Below, one piece after another: positions 46,219 to 57,100 of a DNA stretch of 64,000 bases. The notes beneath the pieces were generated by a model. That model searched no databases. It was not told the DNA's origin and was given only the letters and a program-made list of their open reading frames with translations. Every line of letters begins with the position of its first letter. Position 1 is the stretch's first letter. The stretch is from a virus (Duplodnaviria; Caudoviricetes): the IMG/VR virus record IMGVR_UViG_3300014326_000001, positions 9,088 to 73,087 of that record; one strand, written 5' to 3'. The position numbers were made by a program, and so were the translations under genes.

Positions 46219-46452
46219 TCAGTCTTCTATCGTTAAACTTAAAACTTCAGCGCGTACATCCCGCGCCATTTTCATCAGTCTCCCTGCTTGAGCCTCTAAA
46301 TGATCTAGCGTTTTCAAGAGAGCGTCACGTCGATTAGGGATTATAGGGATTTGCGGGGAAAACGCAACAGTTTTAACTGTAGGCGCTTGTCGCACGTCGT
46401 GTAAAACCTGAATTCCGGCCTCTCGACTGATTCGGTCGCTTAGTTGACTCAT
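46219..46452 (-). CDS. hypothetical protein
   Basis: ATGA overlap with the portal stop. Confidence 0.65.
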   Translation of the reverse strand: MSQLSDRISREAGIQVLHDVRQAPTVKTVAFSPQIPIIPNRRDALLKTLDHLEAQAGRLMKMARDVRAEVLSLTIED

Positions 46453-49109
46453 TTCTTGGTTGCCGCCTTTGTCGTCGGTTTCTTGGGCTTACTTTTCTCG
46501 ATACGGATTTTATGATCGGCTTCAACCTTGGCCGTTTCCTTGTCTTTCTTCTCCTCGCGGCCAATCATTTCCTTTTCATGTTCGCGGTCAAGGGCATTTT
46601 GTTCCGCTTCATGCTGCTGGGTAGATTGCTCTTGGGCGTACTGAAGCTGCGCACTGGGGTCTGGCTCTGTCGCTTCCGGCTGCTGCGCAGCTTCTTGTTC
46701 TAACTGATGCTGTCCTAATGCCATTGGCGCGGCAGCGGCAGCTTGAACCAATCCAGTTCCACCCGCAATAACCGCTTCCTGCTGAACCGCCCCTTGTATC
46801 ATTCCTTGGGCGAGCATCTCAGCGGCAGCGCGCAACGGCATTGGAGCGGCTTGACCGGAATCTTCGGAGAGCCATTGGGCAAACCAATTAGCCTTCTCCT
46901 TCAACTGCAATTCTACCGCACTTATTGGCGGCTGAATCGCTTGAATTATCAATTCCGGCTGTGTAACACCGACTTTTACCGCTTCCTGCATCTGCTTCAT
47001 TCGCTTCAAGCAAAGCTCGTTTACAGCGTCGAAATCATCAGTTTCGGTGTCTACGTCAAAATCTTGTTCGATCTGGTTCGCTAACTTCGGATCGGCGGTT
47101 CGCAACGCCAAATATCCTTCCGCACCCCCAACCACGTTAAAGAACTGCATTCTGTTCTTCTGCTTGGTGAACGGGCCTTTTGGCATCTCACTGCCCTTAA
47201 CCACACTGAAAAGCAGGTCGGCCTTCACATCTGCGCCGGAAAGCTCAATTCCTTGCTGCTTGCCATACTTTCCGCCGAGTTCAAAATAGCGCCTTTGTGG
47301 TTGGTGGTCTCGAAATAGATTGATGGTTATTTCCGCGCCCCGCTTCCGACAATCACCCTTAATTTGGAAGATAGGTTGATTGATCGAATCCGCGTTCCCC
47401 TGATCGATTTCTGCCGCTGTCGCTGTAGTATTACTCGCAGTGATTCCCGGTTCTCCGTTGGCAAAGTCAGAAACCATCGAAGTCTTCTGTGCCATCACGT
47501 TCATAAAGTTCTGGGAGTAGTTAAAGAACTGCGCAGGCATCGCTGTTGGCTGCATTTGGTGGATCGCGTCCGCTAACTTTCGGCCTTCGGGGAGCTTTGT
47601 CAGGTCAACCGGAATATTAGTTTTCGGCGTCCCGATGTACTTCATCTTGTTTCCGGTCAGGATTTGGTTGTCGTACATCACCGCTGGAGTGTAGGTAGAA
47701 CTCATGTAAGACGCGGCTTGATTGTTCAAAGTGTTGAATTGTTTCTGAATTTCAACTGTGTCTGCCAAGCCTCTTCCTGCCCCTGTTTGGGCCTGCATAA
47801 ACCACGTCCCGCTAACAATGTGGTCTTTGTGCTTTTCAGGGTACAGGGCAAGGACTACGGCCATGCCGTTCAACCCTACCGCGCACAACCCGTCAGGGAA
47901 TACGTCAGTTAGTTTACCCTTGGGAATCGTATCCCCATCCACAGTCTCTTCATCGCCCATGAGGTTGATGTCAGCATAACAATCAGGACTCACCCAAAAC
48001 TCGTCGAACGTATAGTGGTCGCGGTCTTGATCTTCATCGTCCCCGTTGCGCCGATTCCCGTAGGCCGAGAAGCCTCCGAGAGCAGAGCCTTGCTTGCCTA
48101 ATGCCTCCAAGACTTCCAATCCGTAATCATGGTCAACATTCCCTTGAGGGACTAAAACATTGCCCAAAACTCTCGTTATTGCGCCTTTTGGAATCCTCTG
48201 GCGGTAGATAAAATAGTTGGAATCTTCTGGTCTTTTAGCCAAATCCCACCGACAGGCAGGCATCGGAAGTAACTCACAAACAAGATCGCCTATTTGCTTG
48301 CTTTCCTGCCGTGCCATCGAGTGAATGGAATCTTTGGCTGGGCCTTCCACCATAACTGCCGTAGATTGGCACTGAGGGCACGCTTGCCCCGCTGCCAATG
48401 GCCCTTCCCCTCCCAAGGCGCCCATTTCTGCTTGGTTTGGGGGCATTTCAAACTCACTTGCTTTCCCGCCATACTGACAATCCCCGCAAAAACCGAACCC
48501 ATCCCCAAAAGTTACTTCTTTTTGCTCGAAAATGTCTTGAATTACGGACATTGAGACTTTTGAATCATCGAATCGGTAACGGTCGATATACGTCCCAAAC
48601 GTCATCCCCATTAAGCCTTCTTGTTGGGTGAAATAGTGATTATAGAACTGTCTTTCGTAGTAGTTGTTGATCGTGTCGGCAGCTTTGGCGGCGGAAGCGC
48701 AAGAGTCGAGATTTCTTCCCGGTCGGATTAAGATGTCAGGGCTGGAATTCTCCCATTTTCCCAGCAAGTTCGTCTTAATATTGTTCATAATGTTCAACGC
48801 ACGGCGGTCTGCGTTGACATTATTTCCACCTATCGGAAGGACTCCCCAAGACCCGTCCACAGGGTTTCTTGCGGGAAACTGCTTCCCGTTCAAGAAAAGG
48901 TTGATCAGTTGCCCAACGTTGATTATTTCTCGAAATATGAGTTTGTCTTTTCGGTGGAAGTGCTGGAATCTTTCCTTGAGGCTGTCCGCAATGCGTGAAC
49001 TAGGCTTCTTGCCGCCTTTTTTGAGATCGAGCAGCGGGCGCAATGGCGCAAAATTGGAGGTTGAGGCTATCTGAGACTGAGGCTCAGGAACTTGAATGGC
49101 TGCTGACAT
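46449..49109 (-). CDS. portal protein (P22-like, long C-terminal tail)
   Basis: 886 aa upstream of scaffold/capsid; helical Q/E-rich C-terminus. Confidence 0.85.
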   Translation of the reverse strand: MSAAIQVPEPQSQIASTSNFAPLRPLLDLKKGGKKPSSRIADSLKERFQHFHRKDKLIFREIINVGQLINLFLNGKQFPARNPVDGSWGVLPIGGNNVNADRRALNIMNNIKTNLLGKWENSSPDILIRPGRNLDSCASAAKAADTINNYYERQFYNHYFTQQEGLMGMTFGTYIDRYRFDDSKVSMSVIQDIFEQKEVTFGDGFGFCGDCQYGGKASEFEMPPNQAEMGALGGEGPLAAGQACPQCQSTAVMVEGPAKDSIHSMARQESKQIGDLVCELLPMPACRWDLAKRPEDSNYFIYRQRIPKGAITRVLGNVLVPQGNVDHDYGLEVLEALGKQGSALGGFSAYGNRRNGDDEDQDRDHYTFDEFWVSPDCYADINLMGDEETVDGDTIPKGKLTDVFPDGLCAVGLNGMAVVLALYPEKHKDHIVSGTWFMQAQTGAGRGLADTVEIQKQFNTLNNQAASYMSSTYTPAVMYDNQILTGNKMKYIGTPKTNIPVDLTKLPEGRKLADAIHQMQPTAMPAQFFNYSQNFMNVMAQKTSMVSDFANGEPGITASNTTATAAEIDQGNADSINQPIFQIKGDCRKRGAEITINLFRDHQPQRRYFELGGKYGKQQGIELSGADVKADLLFSVVKGSEMPKGPFTKQKNRMQFFNVVGGAEGYLALRTADPKLANQIEQDFDVDTETDDFDAVNELCLKRMKQMQEAVKVGVTQPELIIQAIQPPISAVELQLKEKANWFAQWLSEDSGQAAPMPLRAAAEMLAQGMIQGAVQQEAVIAGGTGLVQAAAAAPMALGQHQLEQEAAQQPEATEPDPSAQLQYAQEQSTQQHEAEQNALDREHEKEMIGREEKKDKETAKVEADHKIRIEKSKPKKPTTKAATKK

Positions 49110-49118
49110 TAGGGGGTA

Positions 49119-49550
49119 CTAACCAATCAATTCTTCTTGATCTTGCTCGTAATCGTATGTGACAGACTCACCGCGCATCTCTTTTTCCCAAAGTTCGGTC
49201 GCTAGTCGATCTGCTTCACCTTCAGGCTTTCCTGCTTGGAGATAACAAGTCTTGTAGTACTGAAGCCTCGCGGCGTCTACTTCTTCCGGCTCACGAACGA
49301 ACCCTTTTGGATGCGGGGAAACTTCAACTTTTACAGGGGTCTCGTTCAGACCATACCCACCATGCTTCGTAATCACCCGTGAAGCCATTTGTAGCGTCAT
49401 CCAGTCCTTAGACTGTCTCTCTGACGCTACTATATCGTCCAGCCGCTTTCTTTCTTCAGCTAGTCGATCTTCGGCGGTTGTCGCACGTTGGAGAGCCGCC
49501 GCAAGCGCGGCCTCCATGCGAGCATATTCTGCGGCACTAACCCAAGGCAT
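49119..49550 (-). CDS. coiled-coil hypothetical protein
   Basis: TAATG coupling. Confidence 0.7.
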   Translation of the reverse strand: MPWVSAAEYARMEAALAAALQRATTAEDRLAEERKRLDDIVASERQSKDWMTLQMASRVITKHGGYGLNETPVKVEVSPHPKGFVREPEEVDAARLQYYKTCYLQAGKPEGEADRLATELWEKEMRGESVTYDYEQDQEELIG

Positions 49551-49903
49551 TATTCCGGTGGCTGGCTTCCGCCTCCGATAGTGGCCGAGTTCGCGTAGGT
49601 TAAATCGATCAAACCCGTGGTCGTGGTCAACGACGCGAGCCTAGCGTCCGTCAACTCACCGCTGTACAACCCAAGCAAAATGCCCAGATTGATACGAGGT
49701 GCAGCAAATCGCTCGTCCACATGGCGAACACTCGCAGCGGTCAACACCGCCTCTCGGAGCGCGACATTGGTATTTGATGCCGCCACGTTTGTGTTCGTAA
49801 GGAACGGGTAATAGCCGTAGGCCGCAATTCCTTGTTTGCAAGCGGCTCCGATTTGCGACTTGGAAAGTTGTTGCGCATCAAAATGAAGACCAGCTAAAGG
49901 CAT
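49550..49903 (-). CDS. hypothetical protein
   Basis: AAGGAG RBS. Confidence 0.75.
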   Translation of the reverse strand: MPLAGLHFDAQQLSKSQIGAACKQGIAAYGYYPFLTNTNVAASNTNVALREAVLTAASVRHVDERFAAPRINLGILLGLYSGELTDARLASLTTTTGLIDLTYANSATIGGGSQPPE

Positions 49904-49934
49904 TTGTGTTCTCCTTGCTTACAGGTGCTTATTT

Positions 49935-50408
49935 TTACGCAGCCTCTGCGGCTGTTTTTACTTTTTCTTCGTCCTGTTTTCGCTTAATCTGGACGACTTC
50001 TCTTTCAAAACGGGCGAATAAAGTATCTCCGACGCTAGGTTGAGCGCCCCTATAGATCGTTTCGGCGCTATTGATTAACTCACGACGGAACTGCACATCT
50101 GCGTCGGCAAAGGCAACGTCGCCGCCCTTAATGTTACGAACTTTGTTGTAGGCTTCCACTGCTGCTACCGCACATCCCTCAATCGGGCTGTGGGCGATAC
50201 TGACCTCAACTGTTCTAGCGGGAACATCTACAGACATTACTGCGTGGCCTTCTTTTTCTTCTACCTTAACCGGAGGGGCTTCTTTGGCCTTGGGTTTCGC
50301 AGGTGGCTTGGTAGAGTGAACCGCAGGCGGTGTATGGGCGTGCGGCGGCTCTGGCTTCTCAGGCGCTTTTGCTTTTGGGTCTGGCTTTTCGTTAGGGTTA
50401 TTCGGCAT
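49935..50408 (-). CDS. hypothetical protein with Pro/Lys-rich N-terminus
   Basis: AAGGAG RBS. Confidence 0.75.
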   Translation of the reverse strand: MPNNPNEKPDPKAKAPEKPEPPHAHTPPAVHSTKPPAKPKAKEAPPVKVEEKEGHAVMSVDVPARTVEVSIAHSPIEGCAVAAVEAYNKVRNIKGGDVAFADADVQFRRELINSAETIYRGAQPSVGDTLFARFEREVVQIKRKQDEEKVKTAAEAA

Positions 50409-50610
50409 TTAACTCTCCTTTGGCGGTCTTGATTGCAAATCTTGGCACGGGGGCAGTAATTCGCATCGTGTAAATGTTCGGATCGTTTGTCGGTATCAAT
50501 TCTTGCGTTATAACCTCTTCGTCAGATTGCAAGCGCACGACTTTTGACGGATCAAGGAAATAAATGCGATCCATTTCGCCTATGGCGTCGTCGTTAATGA
50601 TTGTATTCAT
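50398..50610 (-). CDS. hypothetical protein
   Basis: Coupled ORF. Confidence 0.65.
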   Translation of the reverse strand: MNTIINDDAIGEMDRIYFLDPSKVVRLQSDEEVITQELIPTNDPNIYTMRITAPVPRFAIKTAKGELNAE

Positions 50611-50837
50611 GGCTTTCGATCAGGTCGCGGATACGCTACACGATGGCGGCGCGGGAAATAATCGTTTAATCTCTCTTGAATTCGGTATGGGACTTCCCCT
50701 GTTTCTTCTTTCAGGTCTGAAACTGTTTCTTTTACATCTGTAAAAATCCGGCGCGGGAGACTTGTTACACGTCTCCATCTTTCAGGGCTGTAATCAGGAT
50801 CGTCCTCTTCCTCGCGCTTTTTCTCTTCAGGTTTCAT
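50607..50837 (-). CDS. hypothetical protein
   Basis: Coupled ORF. Confidence 0.65.
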   Translation of the reverse strand: MKPEEKKREEEDDPDYSPERWRRVTSLPRRIFTDVKETVSDLKEETGEVPYRIQERLNDYFPRRHRVAYPRPDRKP

Positions 50838-51109
50838 TTGGGTCGAGTTGGCTTCGGGAAAGAGACTTTGTGGCGTTTTACCTTGTTCGGCAAGCCTTTA
50901 GGCGACTGACCGCGAGTGAATTCAGCGGCTTCAGATGTAGAAAGTCCCGACTTTTTGATTGCGCCACTTTGAACGCCCTTCATAAATCGAAATTGAGCCT
51001 TTGAGGTCGCGGGCATACCTTGCTCCATCTGCGCCGACATCGGACGTGGAAAACCTTGCGCGGGTTGTCGTTTCATGTCAGTTACATTGCTTATCTCTAC
51101 AATCGCCAT
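50834..51109 (-). CDS. small basic protein
   Basis: MPATSKAQFRFM...GLP.KV motif typical of small phage late proteins. Confidence 0.65.
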   Translation of the reverse strand: MAIVEISNVTDMKRQPAQGFPRPMSAQMEQGMPATSKAQFRFMKGVQSGAIKKSGLSTSEAAEFTRGQSPKGLPNKVKRHKVSFPKPTRPK

Positions 51110-51146
51110 AAGTTATACACGGTTTTCTTAGCTTGCTCAATGAAAT

Positions 51147-51392
51147 TTAATTCAAGACCGCTGCTTGATTCTGATCGAAGCCTCGTTTCAATGCCCTTAG
51201 ATCGTCAACGAGGGCTATTGTCGCGTTGTGTCGAATGCACCAAACTTGAATCTTGCCATCTTCAGTGACTCCCGCTTGAACCCAAGAATACTCTTCTGGC
51301 GACATTTCATCAGGCAGTTCGTCTTGACAGAACCCGCAGTTCATATAGCCAACGATGCTGTTTGGAATTGAGGCCGTAAATTGATTAGGCAT
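51147..51392 (-). CDS. hypothetical Zn-binding protein
   Basis: CGFC...WC..H; TAATG coupling. Confidence 0.7.
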   Translation of the reverse strand: MPNQFTASIPNSIVGYMNCGFCQDELPDEMSPEEYSWVQAGVTEDGKIQVWCIRHNATIALVDDLRALKRGFDQNQAAVLN

Positions 51393-51958
51393 TACTTGAT
51401 AAACTTCCTGCGTTTACCTGACCGAATCTCGGAAATCGTGGACGCGCTAACGTTATACCTCTCGCTCAAAACGCGTCCCGATCCGGGAGTTCGTGGCGTT
51501 GTGCGAATAACTTTAACCGCCTCAACGTCTACCTTGTGGGAAGCAAGATTGCTATATAAATGCGAATGAATCATGTTGTCTCTTCTGGTAGTCCATTCCA
51601 AGTTAGCGGCTCGGCAGTCGTGACGTACAGCGTTTTTATGTCCCACTTCAGGATGGTTTTCAGGATTAGCGATAAAGGCTTTGGCGACTAGGCGATGAAC
51701 CCGCAGGTGAAATGCTTTCCCGTTGCGCCGAAGCTCCACCTTAGAATATCCATTGGTCGCCACGCCGCCTGTAATCTGCTTGATTACGGGCGTAGTACCC
51801 AACATCCAATTCCGCCCCATTCCTGAATTCTTAGGGTGAGTCCAATAGGTGCGTACACGGCCAAGGCTACTAATATCGTAACCTGAAAAGCCCTCTATCG
51901 GCTTCCATGTTTCTACTTCGGTTTTCTGGAATTCTGAGAGTAAAATCAGTGCAGTCAT
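51392..51958 (-). CDS. NUMOD4-HNH homing endonuclease
   Basis: ETWKPIEGFSGYDISSLGRVR; VHRLVAKAFI.NPENHPEVGHKN...NLEWTT. Confidence 0.9.
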   Translation of the reverse strand: MTALILLSEFQKTEVETWKPIEGFSGYDISSLGRVRTYWTHPKNSGMGRNWMLGTTPVIKQITGGVATNGYSKVELRRNGKAFHLRVHRLVAKAFIANPENHPEVGHKNAVRHDCRAANLEWTTRRDNMIHSHLYSNLASHKVDVEAVKVIRTTPRTPGSGRVLSERYNVSASTISEIRSGKRRKFIK

Positions 51959-51967
51959 ACCTTTATT

Positions 51968-53788
51968 TTACCACATACCTGCGTATTCCTGATCGCCTTG
52001 ATCTTGCCCTATCGGATTTCCCGACTCATCAAAAGTAACCATCATGTTTACTTGAATCTTGGCCTTGGCTTGGGCTTGCTGATAGTTAAAACTCATCTCA
52101 GCCGCCGCGCTTTTGAATCCACCCGTAGCGGTCATAAGATTCTCAAGACGGTACTTCTCTGGAATTGCTCGCTCGATTTGCTCTTTCTCCGTCAGTTCTT
52201 TTGCCAACGGGAAATAATCTGCCGCACCCGCTCTTACGGTGTCGATTGCATCGTTGAAAAGGGCGTAGGGGACAAGCGTGGCGGGGGCTTCACCGGATTT
52301 CGGCATCGCCCAATGGTACGCTGGAATTTCTGCTCTATGTCTCGCTAATCCCGCGTCCGTGGTAGGTACTACCAGCTCATCATCGTCAACCACGAGATAG
52401 AGCCTTGGAGAGCCTTTTAGGTGCGGTCTAAACGGGTGCTGCTTGTCCTTGCTGATAATCTCCAATGCGTTTCTAAGCTGCGCGATCCCCCTTGTTTTCC
52501 CTGTCGCCCATGCGTCAAACGGAATGCCGTGCTCTCTGCGGTATGCCAGTCTCTCGGAACTCGCTTCGTGGCTCATTCGCCATCGACTAACACGCTCTTT
52601 TTCTCGTCGCGGCAACATAACTCGATTGATTTCTTCTGCTATCTGCCGAGGTGTCCAGTCCGTCACAGTCAGCCCTCGATACAGAAACACTGAGCCGCTT
52701 AATGGGGCGTTTTTTGGCGCGGTCGCAAACCAACTAGTCACGCAAGGGTGCTCGTTCGTTGTTCCTGCATCCTGATACACACTCAGCAACCAATGCGTGG
52801 GAATTCTCGGCTCACCAAATACTTTCTGGAACTCAGACCATGAAATAACGTGGTACTTCTCATCCCACATCGAGAGAATGTCGCCACGTTCTGAGATTAA
52901 CCAGTCGCCACGTAGAAGCTGTTCGCGGGTTATCGGATCAAGTTCATTCAGGAACTCTTCGTACTGCTCGCGGTCAAGGTGGGGGTTGTCTTGGAGTTTT
53001 GCGGGAATGAAAGCTCGTTTGAATGCGCGGCCTGAATCGTCTTCACCCTCTTTCCACCAAACCTTCGCTTCTGTTGCGTCGTTAGGCGTGAACTTTTCAG
53101 GAATGAATCGCTTGTAAACCCATCTTGCGCCAACGCCTCCGGGGTTCGACGCTGATCGCATTCGTAGCGGTACATCACTGGTCGCTAAACGTCGCAGACG
53201 AGAGAAGAGATAAAGGTATTGGCTTTCGGTGAATTGTGAGAGTTCATCAAATCCGATGAATTGAAATTCTGCGCCCTGAAACTGGTATTTATCGTTCTCG
53301 GTGTCGAGATAGCCAAACGTCAGACAGGCTCCACTCGGAAACTGCCATTGCTTCTTCTGTTCGTTCCACTTGGCGGCAGTTCCGCGCAACCACCCAGCCG
53401 CCCTATCCATCAATGCTCCCGGCTTGGAAAGGTCAGCATACGTGCGACGAAGCAAGAGAGCGGAATATCCCGGCGTGTTAGCGTGCTCCAACGCGGCCAT
53501 GAGCAAGCATGACGACTTACCGCCGCCTGCCGCGCCGCCATAAAACGCTTCCCGAATATCGTTAAGCCCAAGAAATAGAGCTTGGCGTTCAGTAGGTTCT
53601 TGTGGGCTCCATTTTTGCTTTGCCCCTAGTTCCTTGGCAAGAAGTTGACGAACCGCCTTGCGCTCGGCCTTCTTCCCCGCAAAGAGTAGTTTATGCAGAT
53701 TCTCCTGCATGAACTTCTTGCCATCTTCTGGACTCATTAGAGCCGCTTGAGATGCAAGCTGTTCTGATAGAGTTTCTACAAGTCCCAT
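51968..53788 (-). CDS. terL: terminase large subunit
   Basis: FYGGAAGGGKS Walker A, FIGFDE Walker B, SASNPGG, C-terminal nuclease with DAIDT. Confidence 0.92.
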   Translation of the reverse strand: MGLVETLSEQLASQAALMSPEDGKKFMQENLHKLLFAGKKAERKAVRQLLAKELGAKQKWSPQEPTERQALFLGLNDIREAFYGGAAGGGKSSCLLMAALEHANTPGYSALLLRRTYADLSKPGALMDRAAGWLRGTAAKWNEQKKQWQFPSGACLTFGYLDTENDKYQFQGAEFQFIGFDELSQFTESQYLYLFSRLRRLATSDVPLRMRSASNPGGVGARWVYKRFIPEKFTPNDATEAKVWWKEGEDDSGRAFKRAFIPAKLQDNPHLDREQYEEFLNELDPITREQLLRGDWLISERGDILSMWDEKYHVISWSEFQKVFGEPRIPTHWLLSVYQDAGTTNEHPCVTSWFATAPKNAPLSGSVFLYRGLTVTDWTPRQIAEEINRVMLPRREKERVSRWRMSHEASSERLAYRREHGIPFDAWATGKTRGIAQLRNALEIISKDKQHPFRPHLKGSPRLYLVVDDDELVVPTTDAGLARHRAEIPAYHWAMPKSGEAPATLVPYALFNDAIDTVRAGAADYFPLAKELTEKEQIERAIPEKYRLENLMTATGGFKSAAAEMSFNYQQAQAKAKIQVNMMVTFDESGNPIGQDQGDQEYAGMW

Positions 53789-54022
53789 TTAACCCTTTCC
53801 TTCAACTCCTCCAGATAATGCGCCTTTTATTGCATCACCTTGCGCTCCAAATCGCTTCCGGCCTAGCAAGAGTGCGCCGATACCGCCTAACTGTCCCCCA
53901 GTGTCAGGTTCTTCCATTTGCGGAACTGCCATTTGCATTGGAGTAGGTGGGCTGAAGTTAGCCTGAAGAGGTTCAGGTGGTGCGAGTGAGATGTTTGCGT
54001 ATGCTGGTTTTCTGTTTATCAT
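53789..54022 (-). CDS. small Gly/Pro-rich protein (ejection-like)
   Basis: Composition; stop directly followed by the terL ATG. Confidence 0.6.
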   Translation of the reverse strand: MINRKPAYANISLAPPEPLQANFSPPTPMQMAVPQMEEPDTGGQLGGIGALLLGRKRFGAQGDAIKGALSGGVEGKG

Positions 54023-54179
54023 TTTGTTTCTCTAATTCCGCCTCGATCTTGGTTTCTAGTTGAAGCATTGTAAGCGGCAGCGGATTGCCGTTGTCGAATT
54101 CTTTTTGACAAAGCATCCAACGCTGAATCCAATCAGGATTTTCTTCCGCAAATACTTCTAATGCATTTCTCTCGCTCAT
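53973..54179 (-). CDS. hypothetical protein
   Basis: ATGA overlap upstream; 50-nt overlap downstream. Confidence 0.55.
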   Translation of the reverse strand: MSERNALEVFAEENPDWIQRWMLCQKEFDNGNPLPLTMLQLETKIEAELEKQNDKQKTSIRKHLTRTT

Positions 54180-57100
54180 TGGAACACGTACCCCGTTTTC
54201 TCGCGGGACTTCCTTTCTGTTCGTTGCTGTCTCTCTTGTCGTTCAACTCTTGGAAGTGTCCCGCGCTGCATTCCTAACGCCTCAAATCTCTTCCTTACTT
54301 CGTCCTGTTGATCAGGAGGCATGGTATCTATCAGCGCGGATTTCTTCTGAAGCATATCTTTTAATTCTGCTTTCTGTTCAGGGGTAGCCACAGAATAAAC
54401 TATCACTGCTTCTCTTGCTCCGAGTCGGTTGAAATCCTCCTGAAGTCGAGTCTTATTTCTCGCTGCCAGAATTCCTTTAGCTTGACGTTCAGTTATCTTT
54501 GCTCCCATTGCGGCTATGTCTGCTGATACATCTTCACCTTTACGTGAACGGGCGCGTAGCTGAGATTTCTGCCTGTCTGTTTCAATTTGTTCTTCCTCTC
54601 GGCCTTGCCGGGGAGGCATTGATTCTCGGACAAACTTGCGCGACATTTTTTCGGCCAACGTAGTTGGTTTTTCTGCTGCTTCGGGATAACTCCCCGTGCC
54701 AATCCCTACGAACGTTGGAAGAGACTTTAATCCACCTACGATTCCGCCCTGCTTTAATCCTTCATACACGTCCTTAGCAGGTAGCGGGGTAATCAAGTCC
54801 TTGGCTTCCCGTGCGTAACTAAATTTCCTCCCCGCAAAATCTTCTCCCGCAATTCGATCAACAACTGGAGCTACGGCAGGGTTCAGTTTCGAGCGTGCAA
54901 ACTTCTTGGTCATATCAGACAGGCTTTCCCCTGCGTAATAATCCCCCGCCTGCAATCGCTGACTGTTTACCGGACTTAGCCCGCGTGACATGTTGATTAT
55001 GTAGCGTAAGGGTTGTTGAAGTCCCGTGAGTTGATCGTAAACCGTATCCCCGAATCGGATTTTCAGAAACTCGCTGTCGTCAGGGTCGAGACTTACCTTC
55101 CCACCCGCCGCTTTCACTGCTGTAAGTATCGCCGCCGTTGCCCCCAAAAACTTTACGTTGTCTTTAATCATTCTCGCCCGTGCGCCCGCTGGCATTCTCG
55201 CAATCGTCACAGGGTTGATCATGTTGTTGAGCAGTTGGACGCGGCTTGCTAACAATCGCGGAGAGAACATAGCGATATTTAATGCGGGAGCAATCGCATT
55301 CCCTCGACGCCCTAAACTTCCGCGCCCTGTACCCGTGTTAATCAATCGCGCTATCGCTTGTAATTCAGCGGGATTCCTTCGTTGGGCCTCAGTTAGCCCT
55401 TCCAACATTTGCTTGCCCATTGAAAGTCTTTGAGCATCAAGAAACGAGACAAAGGTACGTTCTGAAAATCCAGCAATCTGTTTCGCCACTGGAACGTAGT
55501 CAAGATATTCCTTGCCTAGATAGCCTTCTTCATGGTGACTTAGATGCGGGTCTTGTTTATCAACTCCGGTGAATTCAACTCCTGCCTTTTTCAACGTCTC
55601 GAAATCTTTGTCAGCCTTAATTTTCGCCTCTACGTTGCGCCATCCTAAATCGCTGAACGACTTCACCATTTCCTTGAAAGGTTTTGCTCCTCCTTCAATC
55701 GGATGCGTGATCGCGTAGAATCCACCTTGACGAAAAACCGCTGATATGTCTCCGATAGATTTTAAGGTTTTAGGAATCGATGCCGCCTTTGCCAACTCAT
55801 CGGAAATCATTCCACCACGCCCACGAGTAGCGCGATACTTCATCTTGGCGTATTCAGCCTTAATCTTTTCAACTTCCTTCTGCGCGTTCAAAGTCTCTCG
55901 TGTGTATCTTGGTGCTTCTCGTTTTGCCTTCTCACTGAAATCGCCTTCAACCATTCGGCGTTCAAGTTCTGCTTTCTCTTTTTGGAGCGTCTTTAGTCTG
56001 TTTTGGTTCTTGGTGAATTCTGCCTTCGGGCCTTCTTGTCGTGTTGTTCGTCGCCCCGCCTGAACGTCCTCTTCTTTCAAGAGCCGATTGATTTCAGCAT
56101 TGACTTCAGTGACGCGCTTTTGAGCCTCAGAGCGTTGTTTTGCTGTTCCACCGTACCCAACTAAGGCTTCTGCTACCTGACGCCGTGTAACGCCTAAATC
56201 CTTCACTAGATCATGCGCTTCATCCAGTAACGCTTCAGCTTTTAGTCCGATATTTGCTTTCGCTCGGTTGTGAACGTACTTGATTAACTCTTTCGTCAAT
56301 CGGCCTTCAGGGTCGATTCCCGCAAGACCGCTCGCATGAATGTTTCCAGATTTAATTCGGGCAAGTTCCGCAACGATATTCTGTTTGATGAGTACCGCTT
56401 CTTGGTCAAGACTCGCCTTTGTCTCGGTTCGTTTTCGCTGTCTTCCGACCTTATTCAACGTCGCTTCAAACTCGGCCTTAATTGCACGTTCTTCCGCTGC
56501 GTCTCGTGCCTTCTCGGCCTTTCCAAGTCTCGCGTGAAGGTCTTTCACTTCCGCTAATTGTTGTTCGGTTAACGGAGCGCGTTTGTCTTTCTTTAGCCCT
56601 GCAACCATCTTCACAAGGGAGAAATCTTCCGCTAAAGCTCGTTTTCTTGCCGTGCCCGCTCTTGACCACTCTGCTCCCGCTAAATCATCGGCCTCGGAGA
56701 TTTTGTCGTACTCAGACAGTCTCGCATCGAGTTCTGCTGACTTCTCAGCAATCACTTGTGGGTCTTTCGCTTCGTACAGTTCTCGGTTCAGCCGATCAAT
56801 CTCATTCTTTACTTCCACAGCGCGGAGATTCACTTGCATAGTCTCCACGTTGTTGAAGTTCTTTCCACCTTTCAATGCCTGCTCAATCAGTACATCGGGA
56901 GCACGTGGGTCGGCAGCGTTCTTCTGTTTCGCTTCGGCAAGCACCTCCTCAGATTTAACACGAGGAACTTGTTCCAACTTGGGCAGTCCAAGAGCTTCAC
57001 GATCTGCTTGCATTGAAGCGTCTTTTGGAGAAGTGGTAGAAGGGGCGGCGTCCCCAGCGGAAACCGCCTCCTTGAACGTTTTTGGGTTGACTTTGGGTTC